Origin: an uncultured Spirochaetota bacterium
Lineage (GTDB): Bacteria > Spirochaetota > Spirochaetia > SZUA-6 > CAVTHK01
Direction of reading: 5' to 3'
Length of the DNA stretch: 64,000 nucleotides
NCBI GenBank assembly: GCA_963734495.1
Contig: CAVTHK010000001.1
Span: 640,001 to 704,000, forward strand
The position numbers and the translations under genes are program-made. Under the pieces are notes generated by a model. It had not been told where the DNA came from. It did not search any database and saw nothing but the letters and a program-made list of their open reading frames with translations. The number at the start of each line of letters is the position of its first letter. Within the stretch, counting starts at the first letter, position 1. Shown piece after piece: positions 36,737 to 46,132 of the stretch.

Positions 36737-37504
36737 ATGTCAGTCAAGGCCCTCAAGCAGGGCAAGAGGATCGTCGGGACCATGATCCGCCTGGTCCGCA
36801 ACCCGGCGATCGCCCGTGTGGCCGCCCACGCCGGTCTGGACTTTGTCATGTTCGACATGGAGCACGGCTCGTACAGCCTCGACGTGCTTTCGGACATCTT
36901 CGCGGTCGCGCGCTCGGTCGGCCTCTCGGGCTTTGTCCGCGTGCCGGAGCTCAGCAAGGGCTACGTCTCGCGCGTGATGGACGCCGGCGCCGTGGGCGTG
37001 ATGGTGCCGATGCTCGAAAGCGTCGAGATGGCCCGCGCGTTCGTCGACTGGGCCAAGTACGCGCCGATCGGCAAGCGCGGGTTCGGCAGCGCGGCAGGCC
37101 ACACCAACTTTGCCGCCGCGACCGACGCCGTGGGCTTCATGAAAGCCGCCAACGAAGAGACGCTGACCATCGCGCAGATCGAGACTGCCCCGGCCGTGGA
37201 GCGGATCGACGCGATCGCGGCGGTCCCGGGCATCGACGCCGTGCTCATCGGGCCGAACGACCTCGCCATCTCCCTCGGGCACCCCGGCGACCTGATGAAC
37301 AAGGCGGTGACCACGGCGATCGCCAAGGTGGCCGAGGCCGCGCGCAAGCACGGCAAGATCTTCGGCATGCACGCCCCCGACCCTCTCACCGAGATGTTCA
37401 TCCCGCAGGGCCTGAGGCTGCTCATGAGCGGCCTGGATCACGGGATGCTGCTTGCGGGCATGAAGGCCGTGGCGACCAAGTGGGCCGAGCCCAAGGCGAA
37501 GTAA
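36737..37504 (+). CDS. HpcH/HpaI aldolase family protein
   Basis: GLDFVMFDMEH, VRVP, DAGAVGVMVP, AQIET, IGPNDL; Shine-Dalgarno AGGAGG. Confidence 0.9.
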   Translation: MSVKALKQGKRIVGTMIRLVRNPAIARVAAHAGLDFVMFDMEHGSYSLDVLSDIFAVARSVGLSGFVRVPELSKGYVSRVMDAGAVGVMVPMLESVEMARAFVDWAKYAPIGKRGFGSAAGHTNFAAATDAVGFMKAANEETLTIAQIETAPAVERIDAIAAVPGIDAVLIGPNDLAISLGHPGDLMNKAVTTAIAKVAEAARKHGKIFGMHAPDPLTEMFIPQGLRLLMSGLDHGMLLAGMKAVATKWAEPKAK

Positions 37505-37517
37505 AGGAGCGAGCAGC

Positions 37518-38486
37518 GTGGCTTACAAGGTGCTGATACCGCAGGACATTGCGGAGGACGGCAAGAAGTTCCTCCGCGACAAGGGCTACCAGGTCAAGCT
37601 GGGCTCCGGGATCTCGCTGGAGCAGATCCTCGCCGACGTCGCGGACTGCGACGCGATCCTCGCGCGCACGGCCCAGTTCCCGCGCAAGGTCTTCGAGGCC
37701 GGCAGCAAGGTGCGCGTCATCGGCCGCCACGGCGTGGGCGTCGACAACATCGACGTCGCCGCGTGCACCGAGCTCGGCGTGTGGGTCACCTACGCGCCGG
37801 AGTCGAACTCGAGCTCGGTCGCCGAGCACACGGTCGGCCTGATCATAGCGGCCGCCCACAACCTCGTGCGCAGCGACCGCGAGTTCCGCTCCGGCAACTT
37901 CGAGATCCGCAACCAGGTCATGGGGGTCGACCTCGAAGGCAAGACCCTGGGCATCCTCGGCCTCGGCCGCATCGGGCGCATGGTGGCCCGCAAGTGCTCG
38001 GTCGGCCTCGGTATGAAGGTCATCGGCTACGACCCGTTCGTGACCGCGCTGCCCGATCTGCCCGAGGTGACGATCGTCAAGGAGTGGGAGCGCGTCTTCC
38101 GTGATTCGGACTTTGTCACGTTGCACCTGCCCTCGAGCAAGGAGACAAGGGGGATCGTCGGCGCGCGCGAGCTCGGCCTGATGAAGCCGACCGCCTACCT
38201 CGTCAACGCAGCGCGCGGCGAGCTCGTCCAGGAGGCGGAGCTCATCAAGGCCCTCAAGGCGAAGAAGATCGCAGGGGCCGCGCTCGACGTATTCGAAAAG
38301 GAGCCGCCGGGCAAGGACAACCCCCTCATGGGGCTCGACAACACCACGCTCTCGCCGCACAACGCGGCCCTCACCAAGGAGGCGGCGCTTCGCATGGCCC
38401 TGCATGCGGCCATGGGCATCGATGACGTGCTTTCGGGCAGAGCTCCCAAGTGGCCGGTCAACAAGCCGGCAAAGCCGCGGAAGTAG
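37518..38486 (+). CDS. D-isomer specific 2-hydroxyacid dehydrogenase
   Basis: GVGVDNID, GLGRIG, NAARG, ALDVFEKEP, SPH. Confidence 0.92.
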   Translation: MAYKVLIPQDIAEDGKKFLRDKGYQVKLGSGISLEQILADVADCDAILARTAQFPRKVFEAGSKVRVIGRHGVGVDNIDVAACTELGVWVTYAPESNSSSVAEHTVGLIIAAAHNLVRSDREFRSGNFEIRNQVMGVDLEGKTLGILGLGRIGRMVARKCSVGLGMKVIGYDPFVTALPDLPEVTIVKEWERVFRDSDFVTLHLPSSKETRGIVGARELGLMKPTAYLVNAARGELVQEAELIKALKAKKIAGAALDVFEKEPPGKDNPLMGLDNTTLSPHNAALTKEAALRMALHAAMGIDDVLSGRAPKWPVNKPAKPRK

Positions 38487-38511
38487 CGACGAGGCCGCGG
38501 GGCGGCGCGAG

Positions 38512-38539
38512 AAAGACGGCGGGGCGACCCGCCGTCTTT
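38512..38539. terminator. Bidirectional intrinsic terminator
   Basis: AAAGACGGCGGG-GCGA-CCCGCCGTCTTT perfect 12-bp stem between convergent genes. Confidence 0.85.
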
Positions 38540-38541
38540 GT

Positions 38542-39600
38542 TTACGGGTACTGCGAGGGGTTGTCGAGCCCCGCGGTCTCGGGCAGGCCGAAGAGACGGT
38601 TCATGTTCTGGATCGCCGAGCCCGCCTGCCCCTTGACCAGGTTGTCGATGTAGGAGATGACGCGGAGGCGGTTCACGCGCTCGTCGACGTCGACGACCAG
38701 GTTGCAGCGGTTGGTCCCGCGGACGTGCATCGAGCCGACGCTCGCTGAGCGGTCGAGCACCCGCACGAAGGGCTGGCCCTTGTAATACTCGCGGTAGAGC
38801 TCGACGGCCTGCGCGCCGGTCATCCTGCCCTTGAGGTCCGCGTACAGCGAGGACATGATGCCGCGTGTCACAGGGACGACCTGCGCCGTGAACGTGACGG
38901 CCACGGGCTCGCCCGCGAGGATCCCGAGCTCGCGCTCGATCTCGCACACGTGCTGGTGGCCGGTGAGGCGATAGGCGTTCATCATGTCGTAGCGCGCGGG
39001 GTAGTGGAACGTGGGGCTCGGCTTCTTGCCCGCGCCCGACACGCCGGTCTTGCAGTCGCAGATGATGCTCTTGAAGTTGATGGCGCGCGCCTTGGCCGCC
39101 GGGGCCAGCCCGAGCAGGCAGCTCACCGCAAAGCAGCCCGGGTTGCCGACGATCATCCGCTCGCCGTTGATCTCGCTGCGGTGCAGCTCCGTGAGGCCGT
39201 AGACGGTCTTGGGCAGCAAGGCCGGCGACGCGTGGGACTGCTCGCGGCCGAGCCGCCGGGCGTACTCCGCGTAATCCGCCTCGGAGTTGAAGCGGAAGTC
39301 TCCGCTGTAGTCGACGACCTTGATCCCGGCGTCCAGGTACGCCGGAGCGAGGTTCATGCCCACCCGGTCGGGCGTCGCCAGGAGCACGACGTCGACCTCG
39401 GCCTGCGCCTTCGGATCCTTCGGATCGAGGAGCGGCATGTCGCAGTAGCCGGCGAGATGCGGGTACAGCCCGCTGATGGGCGTGCCCACGTCGGTCACGT
39501 CCACGAGCGCGGCGAGCTTTGCCTGCGGATGCCGCAGCAGGATCTCGATCGCGCCGACTCCGCCAAAGCCGCCGGCGCCGACCACCTTCACCTTTACCAT
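38542..39600 (-). CDS. argC: N-acetyl-gamma-glutamyl-phosphate reductase
   Basis: SGDFR, YGLTEL, GNPGCF, GVSGAG, IDNLVKGQAG.AIQNMN. Confidence 0.94.
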   Translation of the reverse strand: MVKVKVVGAGGFGGVGAIEILLRHPQAKLAALVDVTDVGTPISGLYPHLAGYCDMPLLDPKDPKAQAEVDVVLLATPDRVGMNLAPAYLDAGIKVVDYSGDFRFNSEADYAEYARRLGREQSHASPALLPKTVYGLTELHRSEINGERMIVGNPGCFAVSCLLGLAPAAKARAINFKSIICDCKTGVSGAGKKPSPTFHYPARYDMMNAYRLTGHQHVCEIERELGILAGEPVAVTFTAQVVPVTRGIMSSLYADLKGRMTGAQAVELYREYYKGQPFVRVLDRSASVGSMHVRGTNRCNLVVDVDERVNRLRVISYIDNLVKGQAGSAIQNMNRLFGLPETAGLDNPSQYP

Positions 39601-39608
39601 GGCGACGA

Positions 39609-39638
39609 AGTATGGTCGGCTGCCGACCGGCGTGTCAA
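39609..39638 (-). promoter_or_regulatory. sigma70 promoter of argC (leaderless-type)
   Basis: TTGACA-N18-CATACT, 8 nt before the ATG. Confidence 0.55.
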
Positions 39639-39660
39639 TATTCGGCGGTGCTCCCCAGCG

Positions 39661-41214
39661 CTACTTGAGCGCCGGAAGCGGGAAGATGCCGCCCCCGAAT
39701 AGCGCCCAGGCGAGGGCGAGGGTCCAGACGACGTTCAGCGCCTGCGCCGCGAGGAACGCGAGCGCGGGCCTTCCGCCTTCCATCTTCACCAGGCCGACGA
39801 AGCGGGTCTCCAGTCCGATCGAGGCAAAGGCAAGCGCGAACCAGGCCGTGCGCAGGCCCGTAAGCAGGCCCTTGGTCTGGGCGACGATTTCGGGGCGGAC
39901 GACGAACGAGAAGAGCAGCGACACCGCGATAAAGCCGAGCACGAACTTGGGGAACCGGTCCCAGATGATGGCGAGCGACGGCCTGTGGCTGCCCTCGACT
40001 GCGGGCGCGGCGGCGGCTCGGCGCTTGGACACCGACCACCATATGGCCATCATGAAGGCCGCCACACCGATCAGGACGTTCTGCGAGAACTTGACGATGG
40101 TGCCGATCTTCATCGCCTTCTCGCTGATGAGCGAGCTCGCCGCCACGACCGAGCCGGTCGTGTCGAGGGTGCCGCCCATCCAGGCGCCCGCGACGAGCTC
40201 GGGGATTCCGAGGAGCCGGGCGACCCAGGGCATGATGATCATCATCGGGACGGCGACGATGAGCACGAGCGAGATGACATAGGAGAGCTTCTTCTTGTCG
40301 CCCTGAATGGCGCCGCAGGCGGCGATGGCGGCCGAGACGCCGCAGATCGCCACGGCCGACGAGAGCATCGCGGCGAACTCGTCGTCCACCTTGAGCTTGC
40401 GGGCGATCCAGAAGCAGGCGTACCAGACGACGACGACGACGAGGACGGCCTGAAGGATCCCCACGGCACCGGCCTGCAGGATGTCGGGAAAGAGGACGCT
40501 CGCGCCGAGGAGCACCAAGCCCGTCTTGATGTAGAACTCGGTGCGCACGGCTTCGCGCAGCCAGTCGGGCACGCCGAAGACGTTGCTGATCAGCAGCCCG
40601 ATGCCCAGCGCGAAGATGACGTACTCGAGGCCGAGATAGCTCACGAAGCTGTTCCCGGCGAGTAGCTGCGCGAGCCAGCTGATCGCGAAGACCACCGGGA
40701 ACCCGAGCAGGAACCGCCCCGCGTGGCCTCCGATCAGTGCGATCCCGATCGTGGCCGTGACGAGACAGGCCACGAGGAGAACCGCCGACAGCGAGAGGTT
40801 CTGCGGCGAGAACACCACTTCGATCCGGGTCTCGGCCGCGTCGCGCACTCGTTTGGACAGGTCGGCGAGCCCGGCGCGCAGGCGTGAGTCGCGCACCCGC
40901 TGCGCGATCGCGGCGAGGCGCGCGGCGAGCTTGCCGGCCCCGGCCCGGTCGTTCTTGACGAGGGCATCCTTGAGGTCGGTCGTGGTCGCAGCCGCGTCCT
41001 TTTCGGCGCGCGCCGCCGCCTCGCTCGCGAGGCGCCCGGCGTGGACAGCGGAGTCCTGGGCCGTCACCTGGAACTCGAGATCGGACAGCCACCTGAACCT
41101 GGGAAGCTGCCACTTGAGCCCGAACACCACGAGAGCAACGATCAACGCCCCCAGGACGACGGGGAGCCATTCCTCGTCGAGCCTGAACGGTTTCCTTCCT
41201 GCAGTGGTGGACAT
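39661..41214 (-). CDS. YeiH/putative sulfate exporter family transporter
   Basis: EFYIKTGLVLLGA, AICGVSAAIA, GAWMGGT.DTTG.V, WDRFPKFVLGF. Confidence 0.85.
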   Translation of the reverse strand: MSTTAGRKPFRLDEEWLPVVLGALIVALVVFGLKWQLPRFRWLSDLEFQVTAQDSAVHAGRLASEAAARAEKDAAATTTDLKDALVKNDRAGAGKLAARLAAIAQRVRDSRLRAGLADLSKRVRDAAETRIEVVFSPQNLSLSAVLLVACLVTATIGIALIGGHAGRFLLGFPVVFAISWLAQLLAGNSFVSYLGLEYVIFALGIGLLISNVFGVPDWLREAVRTEFYIKTGLVLLGASVLFPDILQAGAVGILQAVLVVVVVWYACFWIARKLKVDDEFAAMLSSAVAICGVSAAIAACGAIQGDKKKLSYVISLVLIVAVPMMIIMPWVARLLGIPELVAGAWMGGTLDTTGSVVAASSLISEKAMKIGTIVKFSQNVLIGVAAFMMAIWWSVSKRRAAAAPAVEGSHRPSLAIIWDRFPKFVLGFIAVSLLFSFVVRPEIVAQTKGLLTGLRTAWFALAFASIGLETRFVGLVKMEGGRPALAFLAAQALNVVWTLALAWALFGGGIFPLPALK

Positions 41215-41379
41215 TTCTACCCCCTATGTTGTTGAGCCAATGGCAGACGCGCCGCGGCAGCATTCTTGTGTGCCTGCCGGGGCGCTGTCAACGGCTCGTC
41301 AAAGACTTAATACTCTCATAACAGCAGGTTCTTCGGCCGCATTCTGTGGGAAACAGCGAGCGCGCGCGACCTCTCTCGA

Positions 41380-41955
41380 TCAACTCCAGGAGAAGCCGCC
41401 GCCCATCTCCAGGCCGAGGGTGAGCGCGCGCAGGTTTGCCTCGGCAGCGGGACCGGCAAAGCGGGCCTCGACGGCCTTGCGGAGCGATTCGGGCTTCACG
41501 ATCGCGGTGATCGCGACCAGCGCCCCCAGCATGCAGATGTTCTGGGGCTGCGCCGACCCGAGCTGCTCCAGCGCGGTGCGATGAAAGGGGAGAGACTTCT
41601 GCCGCGCATCGACGTTCGGTTTCTGGCTCACGAAATGGCTGTCGGTGAGCAGGAGGCCTCCCGGCCGGATCAGCCCGGCGTACTGGTCGTAGGCGGCCTG
41701 GCTCAAGGCGACCAGGACGTTGGGCTGCGTGACCTTGGGGAAGTTGATCTCGGCGGGCGATATGATCAAGTCGGATCTCGTGACGCCGCCGCGGGCCTCG
41801 GGGCCGTACATCTGGGTCTGCACCGCGTTCCATCCCTCGTGAAACACTGCCGCCTCGGCAAGGAGAATCGAGGCGGTGATCACGCCCTGGCCTCCCGAGC
41901 CGGAGAAGACCATCCGGTAGCGCTCGCCGCCCCCCGCCTGAGCAGCCTGCGTCAT
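41380..41955 (-). CDS. korC: 2-oxoacid:ferredoxin oxidoreductase gamma subunit
   Basis: SGSGGQG, QMYGPEARGG, NICMLGAL. Confidence 0.88.
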   Translation of the reverse strand: MTQAAQAGGGERYRMVFSGSGGQGVITASILLAEAAVFHEGWNAVQTQMYGPEARGGVTRSDLIISPAEINFPKVTQPNVLVALSQAAYDQYAGLIRPGGLLLTDSHFVSQKPNVDARQKSLPFHRTALEQLGSAQPQNICMLGALVAITAIVKPESLRKAVEARFAGPAAEANLRALTLGLEMGGGFSWS

Positions 41956-42755
41956 GGCTGAGCCCCTGCCTTTGCGGCCTCGATCGTCCGGCCGTAGGCG
42001 TCGCAATACTCGGTCCGCTCTTCCTGCGCGAAGATGCCGACGGCGAACTTGCCGGGCCCGGGCGCGCCCTCGCCGAGCGGCACCGCCCGCTCCCTCAGGT
42101 CGGCGAGCATCTCGGCCGCGCTGCCGCGCCTGTTCTTGCGGCCGAAGTAGGTGGGACACGGGCTCATCACTTCGACCACCGCAAACCCCTTGTGGCGGAT
42201 CGCGGCCTCGAGGATGCGGGTCATCTCCCGTGAGTGCCACGCCGTCGTGCGGGCGACGAAGCTCGCGCCCGCGGCCATGGCGAGCGCGGCGACGTCGAAG
42301 CTCCTGTCGATCGTGCCGTAGGGCGCCGTGGTGGCCGTGATGCCGCAGTCGGAGAGCGGCGAGAACTGCCCTCCCGTCATCCCGTAGGTCTGGTTGTTCA
42401 TCACGATGGCGGTCATGTCGATGTTGCGGCGGCAGGCGTGGATAAAGTGATTGCCGCCGATCGCCAGCGCGTCGCCGTCTCCCATCGGAACGAGGATCGT
42501 GAGCTCGGGCCGGCTCAGCTTGACCCCCGTGGCAAAGGCAAGCGCCCTGCCGTGCAGCGTGTGCAGGGTGTGGAAGTCCACGTAGCCCGGCATGCGCGAG
42601 GAGCAGCCGATGCCGGACACCATCACGATGTCGTTCTTCTCCAGGCCCAGCCTTTCGACGGCGCGCAGGAGCGCGCCCAGCACGATCCCGTGGCCGCAGC
42701 CGGCGCACCACAGGTGCGGCATGAAGCGCTGGCGCAGATAGTCCCTGACGGGCAC
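41952..42755 (-). CDS. korB: 2-oxoacid:ferredoxin oxidoreductase beta subunit
   Basis: WCAGCGHG, SGIGCS, LHGRA, GDGD, YGMTGGQ. Confidence 0.9.
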   Translation of the reverse strand: MPVRDYLRQRFMPHLWCAGCGHGIVLGALLRAVERLGLEKNDIVMVSGIGCSSRMPGYVDFHTLHTLHGRALAFATGVKLSRPELTILVPMGDGDALAIGGNHFIHACRRNIDMTAIVMNNQTYGMTGGQFSPLSDCGITATTAPYGTIDRSFDVAALAMAAGASFVARTTAWHSREMTRILEAAIRHKGFAVVEVMSPCPTYFGRKNRRGSAAEMLADLRERAVPLGEGAPGPGKFAVGIFAQEERTEYCDAYGRTIEAAKAGAQP

Positions 42756-42757
42756 GG

Positions 42758-43906
42758 CTACACCCCCTTGCCCTGGACGAGCCGCAGGATGTTGCTGATG
42801 TCGTTGGGCCCGATGAGCTCCCCGTCGTAGCGGTTGGCGAGGAAGACCCGCTCGGGCGCGCCCGCGACCCTGCGCACCTCCCGGAGGACCTGGCCCATGT
42901 TCATCTCCACGACGACGACGTACTGGGCGCGGGCGCAGAGCTTGCGCACCTCCTCGGCCGGGAAGGGCCACAGAGTCTGCAGCTCGATCAGCCCGACCGG
43001 CTCGCCCCGCGCCCTGCGGCTCTGCACCAGGTGGCGGGCGGAGCGCGCCGAGGCGCCGTAGGAGACCAGGATCGTCTCCGCGCCGTCGACGTGGAGCGTC
43101 TTGAGGTGGGCCATCTCCTGGGCGTGGCTCTCGATCTTCGTGACCAGGTGCATCAGCAGGTCCTGCGTGACGCGCGGGTGGGTCGTCGGGAAGCCCCACA
43201 TGTCGTGCACCAGGCCCGTGACGTTGTAGCGGTGATAGCCGCCGAAGTCCGACATCGGCAGGCGTCCGTCCTCGCGGGGGAAGTACGGGTGGTAGTCGGT
43301 GCCTTGCGGGACCGAGGTCTTCAGACGCTGGACCAGGGCCAGCTCGCCGGGGGCGGGGATCGCGAGCTTCTCGCGCATGTGGGCGACGACCTCGTCGAGG
43401 AGCAGGATCACCGGCGTACGGTAGGTCTCGGCAATGTTGAAGGCCTCCACCGTCATGGCGAAGACGTCCTGGTGGTTGGAGGCCGTGAGCGCCACGATGC
43501 TGTGCTCCCCGTGCGTGCCCCAGCGCGCCTGCATCACGTCGCCCTGGGCCGGCTGCGTCGGGAGCCCCGTCGACGGCCCGCCCCGCTGCACGTCCACGAT
43601 CACGCAGGGAATCTCGGCCATGACCGCGAAGCCGATCCCTTCCTGCATCAGCGAGAAGCCGGGGCCGCTGGTCGCCGTCATGACCTTGAGCCCCGTGAGC
43701 GAGGCGCCGATGATCGCGCAGATCGAGGCGATCTCGTCCTCCATCTGGATGAAGCGCCCGCCCGTGCGGGGAAGCCTCGCGGCGAGGAGCTCGGCGACCT
43801 CGGAGGAGGGCGTGATCGGGTAGCCGGCGTAGAAATCGAGCCCGGCGTACAGCGCGGCCTCGACGACGGCTTCGTTGCCCTGCAGGAACACCGTCCGCGC
43901 AGGCAT
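42758..43906 (-). CDS. korA: 2-oxoacid:ferredoxin oxidoreductase alpha subunit
   Basis: GYPITPSSE, QMEDE, ATSGPGFSLM, QRGGPSTGLPT. Confidence 0.9.
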   Translation of the reverse strand: MPARTVFLQGNEAVVEAALYAGLDFYAGYPITPSSEVAELLAARLPRTGGRFIQMEDEIASICAIIGASLTGLKVMTATSGPGFSLMQEGIGFAVMAEIPCVIVDVQRGGPSTGLPTQPAQGDVMQARWGTHGEHSIVALTASNHQDVFAMTVEAFNIAETYRTPVILLLDEVVAHMREKLAIPAPGELALVQRLKTSVPQGTDYHPYFPREDGRLPMSDFGGYHRYNVTGLVHDMWGFPTTHPRVTQDLLMHLVTKIESHAQEMAHLKTLHVDGAETILVSYGASARSARHLVQSRRARGEPVGLIELQTLWPFPAEEVRKLCARAQYVVVVEMNMGQVLREVRRVAGAPERVFLANRYDGELIGPNDISNILRLVQGKGV

Positions 43907-43910
43907 TCCG

Positions 43911-44141
43911 CTACCTCTCCCCGCTCAGCGCGCGATCAGCCGAGACCTCGATCGCCAGATCGGGGCAGCGCAGCTCGCAGTCCCGGCACAGCGTGCACTT
44001 GTCGAGCGCGGCGACGACAGCCTTCTCGTGCTCGTCCAGGGCGAGGACGCCTGCGGGGCAGAAGGCGACGCAGATGCCGCACCCCTTGCACCACTCCCTC
44101 TCGATGAGGATGCGCGCCCTTGCCGCGGTCGATCGAGCCAT
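43911..44141 (-). CDS. korD: 2x[4Fe-4S] ferredoxin, delta subunit
   Basis: CKGCGICVAFCP and CTLCRDCELRCPD. Confidence 0.9.
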   Translation of the reverse strand: MARSTAARARILIEREWCKGCGICVAFCPAGVLALDEHEKAVVAALDKCTLCRDCELRCPDLAIEVSADRALSGER

Positions 44142-44150
44142 TGTCCCTTG

Positions 44151-44179
44151 ATCGTAGCGCAGGCAGCCGGTCCTATCAA
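44151..44179 (-). promoter_or_regulatory. sigma70 promoter of korDABC
   Basis: TTGATA-N17-TACGAT, 9 nt before the ATG. Confidence 0.6.
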
Positions 44180-44231
44180 ACCGCGCCCCGCGGGCCTTCT
44201 GAAGAAATCCGGTCCTGCCGATTCAGATAGT

Positions 44232-45533
44232 GTGATCCATCCGGAGGAGCCGCTCAAAGCTGCCTGGGACGTGGCGGTGCTGGCCGTCGCGGTGGCGGCC
44301 GCCGTCATTCTGCCGGTGGCGGACGTTTTCGACGATGACGCCGCCGGGCTTCTGGTGCCCCTCGGGTGGATTGCATTCGCCTTCTTCGCGGTCGACATTG
44401 CCGTCTCTCTGAACACGCAGACCCGGATCCGAGGCACGATGGTGGCCGACAGGCGGGAAGTGGGGGGGCGTTACCTGCGGACGTGGCTGCTGCTCGACCT
44501 GTTCGCGGCACTCCCCCTGGGTCCGGTCGTCTCCGCGCTGGCCTTTCCTTCGACCACGCTGGTCAGGCTGATTCGCCTGAATCCGCTGCTGAAGCTCCTG
44601 CCCGCCTCGCGGACCCTCCGGCGGGCGCACGCCACCGGGATCAACCCGGCGATCCTGCGCCTTTCGACGCTCGTCTTCTGGATTCTGCTCGCGATGCACT
44701 GGATCGCATGCGGATGGATCGTCGTTGCGCCCGAAGAGCTCGACCCGGTCTCGCGCTACATCCGGGCCTTCTACTGGACGATCACCACGGTGGCGACCAT
44801 CGGCTACGGCGACATCACCCCGGTGGGCAACCTGCAAACGCTCTATGCCATCCTGATCGAGGTCACCGGGGCGGCGATGTACGGCATGGTGATTGCCAAC
44901 ATTGCGGCGCTGGTGGCCAACATAGACATCGCGAAGGTGGCCCACCGCGAAAAAGTCGACAGGGTAAACGCCTTTCTGTCCTATCGCGCCATCCCCGCGG
45001 CCCTCCGCAAGAAGATCAACGAATACTACGAGTACCTCTGGGAGAGCCGCCGGGGCCATGACGAATCGTCGGTTCTCTCAGACCTCCCCAACCCGCTGCG
45101 TCTGTCCGTTTCCCTGTTTCTCAACCAGGGGACCATCGGCAAGGTGCCGATCTTCGAGAAGGCCGGCGAAGACCTCATCCGCGACATCGTAATGAACCTC
45201 GAGCCCGTGGTGTTCACTCCGGGCGACGTCGTGGTTCGGGCGGGCGAGGTGGGGTTCGACATGTACTTCATCAGCCGCGGCTCGGTCGAGGTGCTCTCCG
45301 CGGACGGCAAGCGCGTCTTTGTCGCGCTGGGCGAGGGTCAGTTCTTCGGGGAGATCGCCCTCCTGCTCAGCACTCCCCGGACCGCGACGGTGCGCGCCCG
45401 CGAGTACTGCGACCTGTACCGGCTCGACAAGCGCACCTTTGACCAGGTGATCACGCGCTACCCGGAGTTCGCGGCCAACATCAAGCGGCTCGCCAACCAG
45501 AGGCGTTCGGAGCTCGACGCTTCGCTGGCGTGA
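44232..45533 (+). CDS. Cyclic nucleotide-gated potassium channel (SthK-like); start approximate
   Basis: Six TM segments, TTVATIGYGD filter, C-linker, CNBD with FFGEIALL...PRTATVRA. Confidence 0.93.
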   Translation: MIHPEEPLKAAWDVAVLAVAVAAAVILPVADVFDDDAAGLLVPLGWIAFAFFAVDIAVSLNTQTRIRGTMVADRREVGGRYLRTWLLLDLFAALPLGPVVSALAFPSTTLVRLIRLNPLLKLLPASRTLRRAHATGINPAILRLSTLVFWILLAMHWIACGWIVVAPEELDPVSRYIRAFYWTITTVATIGYGDITPVGNLQTLYAILIEVTGAAMYGMVIANIAALVANIDIAKVAHREKVDRVNAFLSYRAIPAALRKKINEYYEYLWESRRGHDESSVLSDLPNPLRLSVSLFLNQGTIGKVPIFEKAGEDLIRDIVMNLEPVVFTPGDVVVRAGEVGFDMYFISRGSVEVLSADGKRVFVALGEGQFFGEIALLLSTPRTATVRAREYCDLYRLDKRTFDQVITRYPEFAANIKRLANQRRSELDASLA

Positions 45534-45661
45534 CAGCGGCCCCGCGTAAATGCGGAACGCGACGGCTGCGCCTCGCCTGACGGGGGCGCGGCGGCCGGGC
45601 GCCTTGATCTTTTCGCGGCCGCGGGCGAGACTCCCCGGCGGCGGCTTGCCGCGCATCGGGG

Positions 45662-46090
45662 GTGCGAGTGCTCGTCTCCATCGTCGTGTTTCTCGCTTTC
45701 GTGGCGCTGTTCACGCTCGCGTTCCGCTACACGACGCGCACCATCGGGCAGCGGGTCGGAGAGTGGGTCGACCGGCGTCACCGGGCCGCCGAGGAGATCC
45801 TCGACTCCGGCTGCGCGCCGCGGGCCTGGGTCGAGATGCTCGGCAGCCGGTTTCCGGGCATCGGGGCCGGCGACGTCGTCCCCGGGAGGGAGCGGGCTCT
45901 GAAGCGCAGGCTTCTGCGCGAGCTGCGCAGCCTGGAGAAGTACTTCGAGCGCAGCCCCCTCGTGGACACGGAGGAGACCCGCCGCGTGCTGGTCGCGGAG
46001 CTCCGCGAGGTCAGACAGAAGTGGCAGGCGGCCGCGGTCACGGAGCTGATCGCCCCTGGATCTTCAGGCGGCGGCGGGAGCGCGGAATGA
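45662..46090 (+). CDS. Hypothetical membrane-anchored protein
   Basis: N-terminal TM helix, 142 aa, genome-like codon usage. Confidence 0.6.
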   Translation: MRVLVSIVVFLAFVALFTLAFRYTTRTIGQRVGEWVDRRHRAAEEILDSGCAPRAWVEMLGSRFPGIGAGDVVPGRERALKRRLLRELRSLEKYFERSPLVDTEETRRVLVAELREVRQKWQAAAVTELIAPGSSGGGGSAE

Positions 46091-46132
46091 GCGACCTGCG
46101 GGAGCGCTTCTCGCGGGCGGGATGGCTGCCTT

